This document shows positions 38,116 through 48,461 of a stretch of DNA of 64,000 nt, piece by piece. The DNA comes from Gemmatimonadota bacterium (GTDB lineage: Bacteria; Gemmatimonadota; Gemmatimonadetes; Gemmatimonadales; GWC2-71-9). The stretch lies in NCBI GenBank assembly GCA_039591655.1, contig JBDHDE010000035.1, forward strand, positions 1-64,000. The letters run 5' to 3'. The position numbers and the translations under genes are program-made. Numbering within the stretch: position 1 is the stretch's first letter; each line of letters opens with the position of its first letter. Below the pieces are notes generated by a model. That model did not search any database and was not told where the DNA came from. It worked only from the letters and a program-made list of their open reading frames with translations.

Positions 38116-39419
38116 CGTGATGGCCGGTCGTGGTCGGATGAAATCGAGTGGCCGCTCGCTCGATGCGCGATCAGTCGTGCCCCCCGGTGGCGCGTGAAGT
38201 AGTTCCACGCCCACCGGAAGAATACCAGCACTCGGTTCTCGAACTCCACCAGATACATCAGGTGGACGAAAAGCCAGAGAAGCCAGGCCGGGTATCCCGA
38301 GAAGCGAAACCTCCCAAAATCCGCAACGGCAGCGGCGCGTCCGATAGTGGCGAGCTGGCCCTTGTCGAGGTACCGGAACGGCACCACGGAGCGCCCGCGC
38401 AACCGGCGCTTGATCAACGAAGCCACGTAACGCCCCTGAGCCATCGCCACCGGCGCCAGACCGGGGAGTGGCTCGCCCGTCTGGTGGGCGAAATGGGCGA
38501 GGTCCCCGATGACGAAGATCCCGGGATGTCCGGGCACGGTGAGGTCGGGCTCCACGATGACGCGGCCGAGAGAGTCCAGCTCCGCGCCCGCGGCGTCGGC
38601 CACAGCCCGGCCCAGGGGTGTGGCGCGCATACCGGCCGCCCACAAGATGGTGCGGCTCGGGTATGTCGCCTCGCCCTGGGGTGAGCGCACCCTGACCTCG
38701 CGCTCCGCGATGCCGGTCACGAGAGTGTCGGTGTGCACGTCCACACCGAGCCGCGCCAGCGACCGAACGGCCTTGGCCGACAGGTCCGGCGGGTAGCCGG
38801 GCAGCACCCGGTCGCCCCCCTCGAGCAGCAGGATCCGGGCCCGGGTCGTGTCGACTGCGCGAAAGTCGCTCCGCATGGTCTGCTTGGCGAGCTCCGCAAT
38901 CGCACCGGCGAGCTCCACCCCGGTGGGCCCCCCACCTACGACCGCGAACGTGAGCCACGCCTCCCGGGACGGCCCGTCGGGTTCGCGTTCAGCCGCCTCG
39001 AACGCAGCGAGCACCCGACAGCGGATGTCCGTGGCGTCCTCGATGGTCTTGAGGCCCGGCGCGTGGCGCTCCCAGTGATCCTGCCCGAAGTAGTGATGGC
39101 TGACACCGGTGGCGACTATCAGCGTGTCGAAGGGGAGCTCGTCGTCGGTAAGCTGCACCTTCCCGCGGGCCGCGTCGATGCTTGTTGCCTCCGCCAGCCA
39201 CACCCGCACGTTGCGCTGCCGCCGCAGGACCCAGCGGAGGGCCGACGCGATGTCGCCCGGTGAGAGCCCTCCAGTCGCCACCTGATAGAGCAGGGGCTGA
39301 AACAAGTGGAAGTTGCGGCGGTCCACGAGCGTGATCTCGAGCGGCGCGCGGCGGAGCCGCTGCGCAGCGTAGAGGCCGCCGAACCCACCGCCGATGATGA
39401 CCACCTGGTGCTTGCGCAT
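38112..39419 (-). CDS. ndh: Type II NADH:quinone oxidoreductase (NAD(P)/FAD-dependent)
   Basis: IGGGFGGL, FQPLLYQVATG, VGGGPTGVELAG, WAAG, IGDLA, FRYLDKGQLATIGR. Confidence 0.88.
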   Translation of the reverse strand: MRKHQVVIIGGGFGGLYAAQRLRRAPLEITLVDRRNFHLFQPLLYQVATGGLSPGDIASALRWVLRRQRNVRVWLAEATSIDAARGKVQLTDDELPFDTLIVATGVSHHYFGQDHWERHAPGLKTIEDATDIRCRVLAAFEAAEREPDGPSREAWLTFAVVGGGPTGVELAGAIAELAKQTMRSDFRAVDTTRARILLLEGGDRVLPGYPPDLSAKAVRSLARLGVDVHTDTLVTGIAEREVRVRSPQGEATYPSRTILWAAGMRATPLGRAVADAAGAELDSLGRVIVEPDLTVPGHPGIFVIGDLAHFAHQTGEPLPGLAPVAMAQGRYVASLIKRRLRGRSVVPFRYLDKGQLATIGRAAAVADFGRFRFSGYPAWLLWLFVHLMYLVEFENRVLVFFRWAWNYFTRHRGARLIAHRASGHSISSDHDRPSR

Positions 39420-39575
39420 CAGCCAAGTCTAACACCACCGGCCGCCAATAGCCGACCGCAGTCATCGGCATTCTCACGCTCCGGCCGCGAACCATTGCGG
39501 TACCTGCTTCGTAGTACGAGGTAGGACGAGCCCAACGAGCATGACCATCGAAGCAGGCCGTGGAGGGAGGCGACG

Positions 39576-40751
39576 ATGACGACTTCCGGCACCGAGCCGA
39601 AGCACTCCACCGCGGACATCAGCCGCCGGGATTTCGTGCGCATGTCGGCGTGTGCGCTGGGCGGCACCGCGGCCGCGGCGTGCATCGGCGGGACGACTGG
39701 TCCGGCCGAACCGACGGCGCTTGTCGCGGCCACCAAGGGTAGCGATCTGAGCAGCATGACCCGCGATGTACTGGAGGGGATTGGGGGTATCGAGCAGGTC
39801 GTGCACGAAGGCGAGACGGTCTTCATCAAGCCCAACATGGTGACCCTCCCATGGGCGGGGAGCAGCAACCCCTTCGCGGCGGGCGAGTGCACTAAGCCGG
39901 AGATCGTCGTCGCCGTCGCCGAGGAATGCCTGCGGGCGGGCGCCGCGGAAGTCATCATTGGCGATGGATCCCAGGTGCCGACGCTGAATTGGGAGTACGC
40001 CACTACGCTGGATGGCTCGACCAATCTCGTTCGTGAAGCGGTGCGCCTCAGCTCGGCCTATGCGGGAGACGTGAGAGTCGCCTCTCTCGAGACCGACTCA
40101 CCCGATTGGGTGGAGCTCCCGTCTCGCACCTATCTCGGCACCATCGCGGTCTCCAGTCTCGTGGCCCGGGCCGATCGGGTGATATCGATCCCGGTGGCGA
40201 AGACCCATGCCTGGGCACAGGTCACCCTGTCGCTGAAGAACTTCATCGGTGTCACGCCGCTGGAGCGTTACGGTGTGTGGATGGACGCGGGCTACTGGGA
40301 CCGCGGCCGGGTCCTCGATCACAGCAGTGCGCGGTCGATCGCGGAGATCTACCTCGACATCGTGGACGGTGTGAAGCCGGACCTCGCGATCATCGACTTC
40401 TCGTACGGGATCGAGGGGGATGGCCCGACCCTCGGTCAGGGTAACACCAGTACTGTAGATGTGCGCGAGCGACTCGGCTCCTGGCTCCTCCTCGCATCCA
40501 CGGATCTCGTAGCGGCCGATGCAACGGCCGCGCGCGTCATGAGCCACGATGCGGCAGCGATGGTGCAACTGCTCATGGGGTACGAGATGGGGCTCGGCGA
40601 GATCCGTGAGGACCGGATTCGGGTCGTCGGCGAGCGACTCGATGATCTGCGGGTCGAGTGGCAGCCGACCCGTCTCAGGAATCGCCTGAGTCGGGGACCG
40701 GGTGCGAAGCCGACCTGCCCGTTCGCCGATCACGTGGGACATGCGGTGTGA
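39576..40751 (+). CDS. DUF362 domain protein with Tat-type signal
   Basis: SRRDFVR; IKPNM, AKTH, TLSLKNFIG, ASTDLVAADA. Confidence 0.8.
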   Translation: MTTSGTEPKHSTADISRRDFVRMSACALGGTAAAACIGGTTGPAEPTALVAATKGSDLSSMTRDVLEGIGGIEQVVHEGETVFIKPNMVTLPWAGSSNPFAAGECTKPEIVVAVAEECLRAGAAEVIIGDGSQVPTLNWEYATTLDGSTNLVREAVRLSSAYAGDVRVASLETDSPDWVELPSRTYLGTIAVSSLVARADRVISIPVAKTHAWAQVTLSLKNFIGVTPLERYGVWMDAGYWDRGRVLDHSSARSIAEIYLDIVDGVKPDLAIIDFSYGIEGDGPTLGQGNTSTVDVRERLGSWLLLASTDLVAADATAARVMSHDAAAMVQLLMGYEMGLGEIREDRIRVVGERLDDLRVEWQPTRLRNRLSRGPGAKPTCPFADHVGHAV

Positions 40752-40844
40752 GGCTGCGAATGGGCATCCATGTCTCAACAGGGTAAGGCCCTGCCGCTTG
40801 CATAATACGCTCGCGGCCTCAACCCGCCCGTCCGCCCGCCTCGC

Positions 40845-42662
40845 CTACTGCGCCAGCCAGCTCCGGAACCCCAACAACACCCGCTGCGCGTTGTTGAGCG
40901 ACGCGCTCTCCTCCAACACGGCCACCAGGACGGTGGGCTCATCCGTGATGATGTTGTCCACGCGCAGGTGGATCATGTCCCACATCTGCTGTGGGTCGTT
41001 CACGGTCCACACGTGCACTTCCACGTCTCGGCGGTGAGCCCGCCGGATCCGGTTTCGGGACACGAACTGGGTGCTGACGCTCAAGAGATCGACGGGGAGG
41101 CGGGACGCGTCCCCAATGGCGGTGGCCACGATCGCGCCCACTGCAAGCTCGGGGCTCCGGAGCTTCATCGCGCGGACGGCCGCCTCGTCGAGTGACGTGA
41201 TCACACACTCGGCGGTGAAATCGTTGCGCTCGACGAGTTCGGCCACCCGCTCCACCAACCCCTCAGGCGCGCCCTTCACCTTGAGCTCGATGTTGAGCTT
41301 GATCCGGCCGCGGGCCAGGTCCATAGCCTGTTGCAGGGTGGGTGCCCGCTCGCCGGCGAAGTCGGGTGAGAACCAGGAGCCGACGTCGAGCGCGCCGATC
41401 TCTTCGTACGTGAGGTCGGCGATACTCCTGGCCACGCCCGCCACCCGCTGAAAGTCGGCATCGTGCAGCACCACGACCACGCTGTCAGCCGAGAGCTGCA
41501 CGTCGATCTCGGCGAAGTCGGCGCCGTCGTCAATGGCCTGCCGGATCGCGCTGAGGGTGTTCTCGGGCGCGGCGCGGGAGCTGCCTCGGTGGGCTGTCAC
41601 CGCCACTCGGTGGTCGAGCCGCAGCTGACCGAGGATGGTCACGGCCGTCACCGCCGCGACGGCCAGAATGGCGAGGACCGAGACCCATGCCAGTCCGGCC
41701 GCAGATGCGAATCGTGGAGCGGCTGCGGCACGGCGCTCGGCAGGCGCGGCCTCTGGTGGCGAACCTGCCAGGTCCGCGTAGATCTGCATGATCAGCGCTG
41801 CGTCAACGGTGGCGGCGACGGCCGAGATGACAGCGGCGCCCACGACGTACAGCGCTATGAGGAGCGCTACCGCGGCCAACACGTACACCGTCCGATCTCC
41901 GATTCGGTCGAGAATACCGTTGCTGACTACGTCGAAGGCGGCGTTGGCGGCAGCCCCCAGGAGCAGGGCGAGCAAGAGCCAACCGACCAGGGCCGCGGCG
42001 ACGGAGCGCCATGCCTGGCGGACGAGTCGATAGCTCCGCCTCAGCGCCGTCCATGGGCGTGATTGCTCGAACAACATGATCGGCAGGGCCAGGATCCAGC
42101 CCACGTAGAGGGCCGCGAGCAGCACGAGCGCCACGGCACTCACCAGGGCGCCGATGCCGAGCGCCATCCAGAATTCCGGTGGCCGCTCGGCCAGGTAGTA
42201 GTTGATGTCGCTCCCTGAGAGCAGTGAGCGGTACACCAACCAGAGCGCAATCAGGAACGGCGTCGCCAGCAGCACAAACCCGACGAGCTGGAGCAGGCCG
42301 AGCCGCAGCAGGCGAGGGAACCTCCCAGCGACCCTGCGGAGCGCCGCCACCGGCCGCCCTGGCTCCCCCCGCAACGTCTCCGCGGAGATCACCATCAGCC
42401 CGGCCAACTCCATGAAGATGATGCCGAACGACACGGTGCCGACGACCACCAGTGCCGCGAGACCGCGCGGCGAGAGGATGAACCCGGCGATCGCTTCGTT
42501 GCTGATGGAAACGCTCCCTGTTGATCGTATGAACCCGGCTAGGAGGGCGGCCACGAGCGGCGCGAGGATCGCGGCGGCGAGCACCTTGAAGAACAGCTCG
42601 TACCACAGCATCGGGTAGAGGCTGCGGCTCACAGTGCGCAGAGCGGAGCGGAGCAATCGCAT
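40845..42662 (-). CDS. Glycerophosphodiester phosphodiesterase with N-terminal membrane domain
   Basis: Multiple TM helices, then AHRG, APENTLSA, EIDVQ, HD, NIELK, WTVN, IITD. Confidence 0.88.
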   Translation of the reverse strand: MRLLRSALRTVSRSLYPMLWYELFFKVLAAAILAPLVAALLAGFIRSTGSVSISNEAIAGFILSPRGLAALVVVGTVSFGIIFMELAGLMVISAETLRGEPGRPVAALRRVAGRFPRLLRLGLLQLVGFVLLATPFLIALWLVYRSLLSGSDINYYLAERPPEFWMALGIGALVSAVALVLLAALYVGWILALPIMLFEQSRPWTALRRSYRLVRQAWRSVAAALVGWLLLALLLGAAANAAFDVVSNGILDRIGDRTVYVLAAVALLIALYVVGAAVISAVAATVDAALIMQIYADLAGSPPEAAPAERRAAAAPRFASAAGLAWVSVLAILAVAAVTAVTILGQLRLDHRVAVTAHRGSSRAAPENTLSAIRQAIDDGADFAEIDVQLSADSVVVVLHDADFQRVAGVARSIADLTYEEIGALDVGSWFSPDFAGERAPTLQQAMDLARGRIKLNIELKVKGAPEGLVERVAELVERNDFTAECVITSLDEAAVRAMKLRSPELAVGAIVATAIGDASRLPVDLLSVSTQFVSRNRIRRAHRRDVEVHVWTVNDPQQMWDMIHLRVDNIITDEPTVLVAVLEESASLNNAQRVLLGFRSWLAQ

Positions 42663-42861
42663 ACGCCTAAGTGACCGTCGGGTTAGCCACCATGCAAGCA
42701 TCCACCGGGACCCCTGAAGGAGGCCCGGTGGCGCGAGCAGGAAGCGGTGGCGGAAACCGCGTCGCCGATCGCGGGGTAGACAATACGTAGCGCACTCCGG
42801 CACCGGGCGGTATGCTAGCCGTTCGGCCCCGAGTCATCGCTTGCGCCAACGGAGTCGGATC

Positions 42862-43101
42862 ATGGGATACCGCAGATTCAATGATCGACGTGGGGATGCC
42901 TGGGAGGTAAAGGACCAGTCCCGCTCGGAGTGGGAATTCGTGCCGGTCTCACGCGAGTCCGAGAAGCCGGTCTGGGTACCCGCGCCCGGCTACGAGGGCG
43001 ATCCCTTCGAGCTCAGCCTCGAGGAGCTGCAGCGCATGCTCGAGGCGGCGCAGGCGGAGCAGGCGCGGCGCGGAAAGAAGAAGTCGCCGTTCGGGGACTG
43101 A
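42862..43101 (+). CDS. Small hypothetical protein
   Basis: GGAG RBS; MGYRRFNDRRGDAWEV...ELSLEELQRMLEAA. Confidence 0.65.
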   Translation: MGYRRFNDRRGDAWEVKDQSRSEWEFVPVSRESEKPVWVPAPGYEGDPFELSLEELQRMLEAAQAEQARRGKKKSPFGD

Positions 43102-43139
43102 CTAACCGTGACCGCTCACTGAGCGCGAGGAATCACCCG

Positions 43140-43970
43140 TCACCGGATCACGGTGAGCCACAGGGCCACCAACGCGAGGGCGACCACCACGATGGCGGGC
43201 AGTATCCAGCGCGCCGGATGGCCCGGAGGCTCGACCCCTCGCAGCGCCTTGGCCAGCTTCGCCACCGCCGGATCGGGATCGGCCCCGAGCTCCTCCCGCA
43301 TCAGATTCGCATGCAGCGCCGCATGCCGAATGGCCTCCGCCCGGTTTCCCGCAACGTCGAGGGCCCGCATCAGCGCGAGGGCGACTCGGGAATCGTACGG
43401 GTCCAGCGCCGCCCGGCGGCGCCACCACTCCAGGGCGTCCGTGTGCCTTCCCTCCGCGGTGGCCTGCCCAGCCAACTGCTCCAGCAGCTCGCCGTACGCG
43501 CGGGCGAGCCGGCCGCGCTCGGCGTCCACCCACGTCTCGAACTCCGGCGCGTCCTTGAGATGGATCCCGTCGAGCAGCGGGCCGGCATAGACCGCGGCTG
43601 CCTGCTCCAGCTCGCCCTGCGCGATCGCGTCCCCGAACTCCAGGACGTCGACCGCGACCATCTCCCGATCGAGCTGAAGGTCCTCCCCCACCGCCTCGAC
43701 AGCGCCCTCCCCAAGTGCTCTCTTGATGGTGTAGAGGGCGTTGTAGAGAGCATGGCGGGCGCGCTCTGCGTCGGCATCCGCCCACAGGTACGCCAGCAGC
43801 TTGTCGCGGCTGAGTCGGCCGGTAGGCGAGAGCGCCAGCAGCGCCAGGAGGGCCAGGCGCTGCCGCTGCACAACCGGGCCCGTGAGGGGGCCATCCGGCC
43901 CCACCAGCGAGGCGCCGCCCAGCAGCTTAAGCGTGGTCACGGGCCGGCCTTCGTCCATCGGTTCCGCCAT
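43140..43970 (-). CDS. SARP/BTAD-domain transcriptional regulator with C-terminal TM helix
   Basis: LKLLGG, SRDKLLAYLW, YAGPLLDG, FETWVDAER, DPYDSR; hydrophobic C-terminus. Confidence 0.8.
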   Translation of the reverse strand: MAEPMDEGRPVTTLKLLGGASLVGPDGPLTGPVVQRQRLALLALLALSPTGRLSRDKLLAYLWADADAERARHALYNALYTIKRALGEGAVEAVGEDLQLDREMVAVDVLEFGDAIAQGELEQAAAVYAGPLLDGIHLKDAPEFETWVDAERGRLARAYGELLEQLAGQATAEGRHTDALEWWRRRAALDPYDSRVALALMRALDVAGNRAEAIRHAALHANLMREELGADPDPAVAKLAKALRGVEPPGHPARWILPAIVVVALALVALWLTVIR

Positions 43971-44130
43971 CGGAAGTGCTTGTCTGCCTTGCCATTAGAG
44001 TAAGCTCCGGGCCCCGAGATGACAATCAGACGAGAGCGGGTGGAGAGGCCCGTGAGGCCTGGCCGCTAACGCGGTCGCGGCAACCAGGACAGCGGCTGGA
44101 ACGTCACGATAGTTAGGGAGGGGGTGGACT

Positions 44131-44922
44131 ATGAGAAACGCACTAACACTTTCGCTTGCCGCCGCAGCCATCGCCGTCGCGGGTTGTGGCGACTCGACGG
44201 GACCAGGTGGGGTCCCAATCGATGACGAGTGGCGGGGGCAGATGGCAGCGGGCGACGTGCTCGAGATCAAGGGCGTGAACGGTGGGGTGATTGCGTCGGC
44301 CGCCGCGGGGACCGAAGCCGTGGTGACCACGACCAGGCGCGGCACGCAGAGTGATCCGGCGACTGTGACCGTCGAGGTCGTGGAGCACGCCGGCGGCGTC
44401 ACGATCTGCGCGGTGTATCCCGACGTGCCCGGCCAGGCGCCGAACGAGTGCCTGCCCGGCAATCAGGGTACGATGAACGTGCAGAACAACGACGTCGAGG
44501 TCACCTTCACGGTGAGCGTGCCGGCGGGCGTGATATTCGTTGGAAAGACGGTGAATGGCGGTCTGACCGCCACCAGCCTCGCAAGTGACGCGTACCTGAC
44601 CACGGTCAACGGTTCGGTGAGCGTCTCGACCACTCAACTCGCCACCGCCCTGACGGTCAACGGGTCGGTGACGGCGGCGATCGGTTTGGCGACTCCGGAC
44701 GAGGACCTCAGCTTCACGGCGGTGAACGGACCCGTGGCCGTGACGGTCCCCGCCGCCATCAACGCCGAGGTCCGCGCAGCCACGGCCAGCGGCAGCGTCA
44801 CGTCAGACTTCACGCTGAACCAGTTCGCCCCCGGTGACTGGCGTGGCACCCTGGGCAGCGGCGGGCGGTTGCTCACCCTGACCACCGTCAACGGCGACGT
44901 CACGCTCTCGAGCGGGTCCTGA
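44131..44922 (+). CDS. DUF4097-like beta-strand repeat lipoprotein
   Basis: Lipobox VAGC; repeated TVNG motifs. Confidence 0.75.
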   Translation: MRNALTLSLAAAAIAVAGCGDSTGPGGVPIDDEWRGQMAAGDVLEIKGVNGGVIASAAAGTEAVVTTTRRGTQSDPATVTVEVVEHAGGVTICAVYPDVPGQAPNECLPGNQGTMNVQNNDVEVTFTVSVPAGVIFVGKTVNGGLTATSLASDAYLTTVNGSVSVSTTQLATALTVNGSVTAAIGLATPDEDLSFTAVNGPVAVTVPAAINAEVRAATASGSVTSDFTLNQFAPGDWRGTLGSGGRLLTLTTVNGDVTLSSGS

Positions 44923-44945
44923 GGAGGACCTATCTTGGCTAAAAC

Positions 44946-44983
44946 GGAGTCCCGCGGCCCGACTTTTGGGGCTGCGGGACTTC
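44946..44983. terminator. Hairpin between convergent genes
   Basis: GGAGTCCCGCGGCCC/GGGCTGCGGGACTTC stem, preceded by AAAA. Confidence 0.5.
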
Positions 44984-45019
44984 GTGTTAGAGCCGCCCTA
45001 AATGACCGCCTTGATACCC

Positions 45020-45382
45020 CTACGCCTGCGAGGCCTGACGCTCCTCCGCGTTGACCGCCCGCTCCGCCTGCTCGATGCCGGTCCTGACCGCTGCGGTGAT
45101 CTCGCGCATGGTGCGGATCTTCGCGTGCGGCGAGCCCCCGCGCCGCGCCACCTGGTTGATCTCGGCCACGCTGTGGGACAGCGCACCGAACCCATTGTCG
45201 GCGAGCACGCGGCCGACGTCGGCTGCGGCCCGCCCGATCCGCCCCATCAAAGCCAAATCCGGCTGACCCCGCGGCCCGGACGCGGCCTGGCTCACCATGG
45301 CGCGAACATGGTCCCACTTGCGCCTGGCTTCCTCCAGGCCGGAAAGCTTACGTAACGCCGAGCTGCTGAGCGTTGAGCTCAA
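45020..45382 (-). CDS. Hypothetical alpha-helical protein
   Basis: TTG start with GGAGG RBS; GC3-biased codons. Confidence 0.6.
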   Translation of the reverse strand: MSSTLSSSALRKLSGLEEARRKWDHVRAMVSQAASGPRGQPDLALMGRIGRAAADVGRVLADNGFGALSHSVAEINQVARRGGSPHAKIRTMREITAAVRTGIEQAERAVNAEERQASQA

Positions 45383-45489
45383 GGGATCCTCCGGGTTGTT
45401 GTGATTACCGGAATCTAGGTCTTTCGGGTGAGATTCGCCGTGTTCAGTGTCACACGGCGAGACACCGTAAGCCATTGTCGAACAGTGAC

Positions 45490-47241
45490 TTATAGATCCG
45501 CCGGGCTGCGCCTCACACTGCGGTAGATGTACGCCCCGGCCACGGCCGCGATGGCCAGGTAGGCGAGCCCGACGGCGGGGCCTTCCAGGATCAGCTTCCC
45601 GACGCCGAACAGCCCGGCGTAGATGAGGACGAGCCCGGCAATCCAGTCGCCGACGTCGGACCACCCCATCCGGTCCACCGCGACGGCACTGCGCCGGGCG
45701 ATGGGCCCCCACCACGGCGTGCCCGGGCGCACCCGCTCGTAGAAGGCAAGGAGCTTCGCTTCATCCGTGGGGGGCGTCACCAGCGCGACCACGATCCAGC
45801 ACACGGTCGACGCGCCGGCGGTGATGATGAGATGCCATCCGAAGCCGATCTCCGGGTTCACGATATACAGGCCGACGTAGACCACCGCCGTCGAGACCCA
45901 CGCCGCGATCTCGCTCCACGCGTTGACGCGCCACCACCACCACCGTGCCACATACACGCCGCCGATGCCGACGGTCATGCCGAAGAACAGCTCCCAGGCG
46001 CCGCGGATGCTCTGCATGAGGTACGCGGTGGCGCCCCCCGCGATCATGAGGACGACGACCAGGAGGCGGGAAACCTGCACGTAGTGTCGGTCGCTCGCCT
46101 GTCTCCTGATGAACGGCCGGTAGCCGTCGTTCACCAGGAGTGAGACGCCCCAGTTGAGCAGCGTGTCGATGGTGCTCATGAACGCGGCAAGGATGCTGGC
46201 CAGCATGAGGCCCAGCAGCCCCGTGGGCAGGTACTCCACGATGGCCATCGGGTAGCCCAGCTCCCTGTCCTCCAGCCCGGGAAAGGCTACCAGGGAGATC
46301 AACCCCACGACTATCCACGGCCACGGCCGCAGCACGTAGTGCGCGATGCAGAACCACAGCACCCCCAGGAAGCTGTGGTTCTCGTCCTTGGCGGCGAGCA
46401 TGCGCTGCACCATGTAGCTCGTCCCGCCGACGTCCCGGGTGGCCCACCAGTTCACGCCGAGCAGGGCGACGAAGGTGATCATGGGAAGGGAGGTGCCGCT
46501 GGCGTTCGGCAGGAAGCTCAGGTAGCCGTCGGTGAGGTCGCCATATTGCTCGGTGAGGCGGAGCTTGAGCTCGCCGATCCCGCCGATGTCCCCCACGGCG
46601 ATCACGGCGAGGGCAATCGCCCCCGTCATGGCCAGGAGGAACTGGACGAAGTCGGTCATCACCACGCCCCAGAACCCCGACAGGACGGTGTAGGCCACCG
46701 CCACCACAAGGCAAACCAGGATCCCGAACCAGCGCCCGTCGATGAACTGGTCGATTCCCAGGTGCTGGGTCACGGCGTCGAGATCGATGAGCACGCCCAT
46801 GATCTTCACCATGGCCAGGATCACCCAGCCCATGATGATGCAGTTGAGGACCGCCCCCTCCCACACGCTGCGGAAGCCCCGCAGGACCTGGGCGGCGCGG
46901 CCGGAGTAGCGCAGCGCCACGAGCTCGACGTCGGTGATCACCCCAGCCCGGCGCCACAGGCGGGCGAAGAAGAAGGCCACCACGAGGTGCGCCGCCGCGA
47001 AGTTCCACATGAACCACAGCCCGGAGATTCCGTCGTTGGCAACGAGGCCGGTGACCGCCAGCGGCGTATCGGCCGCGAACATCGTGGCCACGATGGAGGT
47101 GCCGACGATCCACCAGGGGAGGTTGCGGCCGGAGAGGAAGTACTCGGAGATGCTGCGGCCCGCTCGGCGCCGGAAGAAGAGCCCGACGGCGAGGGCGAAC
47201 ACCAGGTAGCCGGCGACGATGATCCAGTCGAGTGGGGCCAT
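45490..47241 (-). CDS. Sodium:solute symporter family protein
   Basis: LDWIIV, YFLSGRNLPWW, ATMFAADTPL, QRMLAAKDE, AAFMSTID. Confidence 0.9.
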   Translation of the reverse strand: MAPLDWIIVAGYLVFALAVGLFFRRRAGRSISEYFLSGRNLPWWIVGTSIVATMFAADTPLAVTGLVANDGISGLWFMWNFAAAHLVVAFFFARLWRRAGVITDVELVALRYSGRAAQVLRGFRSVWEGAVLNCIIMGWVILAMVKIMGVLIDLDAVTQHLGIDQFIDGRWFGILVCLVVAVAYTVLSGFWGVVMTDFVQFLLAMTGAIALAVIAVGDIGGIGELKLRLTEQYGDLTDGYLSFLPNASGTSLPMITFVALLGVNWWATRDVGGTSYMVQRMLAAKDENHSFLGVLWFCIAHYVLRPWPWIVVGLISLVAFPGLEDRELGYPMAIVEYLPTGLLGLMLASILAAFMSTIDTLLNWGVSLLVNDGYRPFIRRQASDRHYVQVSRLLVVVLMIAGGATAYLMQSIRGAWELFFGMTVGIGGVYVARWWWWRVNAWSEIAAWVSTAVVYVGLYIVNPEIGFGWHLIITAGASTVCWIVVALVTPPTDEAKLLAFYERVRPGTPWWGPIARRSAVAVDRMGWSDVGDWIAGLVLIYAGLFGVGKLILEGPAVGLAYLAIAAVAGAYIYRSVRRSPADL

Positions 47242-47345
47242 CAACGCTCCTCAGGCAGCGCCCGCGCAACAAGATAGGCGGGAGGCCCCGTTCCCTGGAC
47301 TTGCTTTATATGGCAAAGTACTTTATCATGGCGCTGGGAGGGGCT

Positions 47346-47909
47346 ATGGATACCAGCGCGACGGGAGAGATGAGTGACCTGGTGGTCCTCGTGGACGGGG
47401 AGGGTCGCGATTCGGGTACTGCTACCAAGCTGTCCGTCCACGTGGAGGGGAAGCTGCATCGGGCGGTGTCCGTGTTCGTGTTCGATGCTGCCGGCAACAT
47501 GCTGCTGCAACGTCGAGCTGCGGCGAAGTACCATTCGGCGGGACTCTGGTCCAACACCTGCTGCGGCCACCCCCGGCCTGGCGAGTCCCCAGAGGAGGCG
47601 GCGCATCGGAGGCTGTGGGAGGAGATGGGGTTCGACTGCCCCTTGGTGCCCGTCCTCAGCTTCGTGTACCGCAGCAAGCTCCGCAACGGCCTGATCGAGC
47701 ACGAGCACGATCATGTCTTCGTGGGACGCTTCGACGGCACGCCCGTGCCCAACCGGCAGGAGGTCGCCGACTGGCACTGGGTCGCGGCCGATGAGCTGCT
47801 TGCCGATACCATGGCTCGTCCGCGGCGATATACCGCCTGGTTCACGATCGCGCTGGCCAGGCTCCTCGGGCGCGGCGCGACCGAGCCCGGTCTGCGGCTG
47901 GCGGGGTGA
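47346..47909 (+). CDS. idi: Isopentenyl-diphosphate delta-isomerase, type 1
   Basis: LHRAVSVF, QRRAAAKYHS, WSNTCCGHP, EHEHDHVF, YTAWF. Confidence 0.9.
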   Translation: MDTSATGEMSDLVVLVDGEGRDSGTATKLSVHVEGKLHRAVSVFVFDAAGNMLLQRRAAAKYHSAGLWSNTCCGHPRPGESPEEAAHRRLWEEMGFDCPLVPVLSFVYRSKLRNGLIEHEHDHVFVGRFDGTPVPNRQEVADWHWVAADELLADTMARPRRYTAWFTIALARLLGRGATEPGLRLAG

Positions 47910-48020
47910 GGCTCCTGCCGGACGCCTGACATTCGCCGACGACACAACCTCCTTACCACTCCGCCTGGCTCCCATATGCACCAGGCCGTATCGTTCGTTT
48001 GTACTCTCCGAGGTCAAACG

Positions 48021-48461
48021 GTGGCGGACTTCGAGCGCGTGGACATCGCGCAGCGACTCGCTGTGTACCTGGATCCCAGTGGCGATGTGCCGCTATACCG
48101 GCAGATCGTCGATCGGGTGTGGCTCGAGGTCGTGACCGGCACGCTGGAGACGGGGGAGCGTCTACCCACGGTACGGCAACTCGCCATTGATCTCGCGGTC
48201 CACCCCAATACCGTAAGCCGCGCCTACGGAGAGCTCGAGGTGCTAGGCGTGCTGGTGACGCGCCCGGGCGAGGGGACGTACGTGGGGCTGGACCCACCCG
48301 ACCAGTCCACGCTGGAGCGGCGGGCGCAGCTCGAGCGCCTGTGCGGGGACGTCGTGGGACAGTGCAAGGCGCTGGGGCTCTCCCTCGACAACGTCATCGA
48401 CATGCTGACCGAGTTGCACTCCTCCGAGCGCGACTCGGATCCGACGAGGGGGCAGACATGA
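48021..48461 (+). CDS. GntR (YtrA-like) transcriptional regulator
   Basis: PLYRQI, LPTVRQLA, HPNTVSRAY, GEGTYV. Confidence 0.85.
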   Translation: MADFERVDIAQRLAVYLDPSGDVPLYRQIVDRVWLEVVTGTLETGERLPTVRQLAIDLAVHPNTVSRAYGELEVLGVLVTRPGEGTYVGLDPPDQSTLERRAQLERLCGDVVGQCKALGLSLDNVIDMLTELHSSERDSDPTRGQT

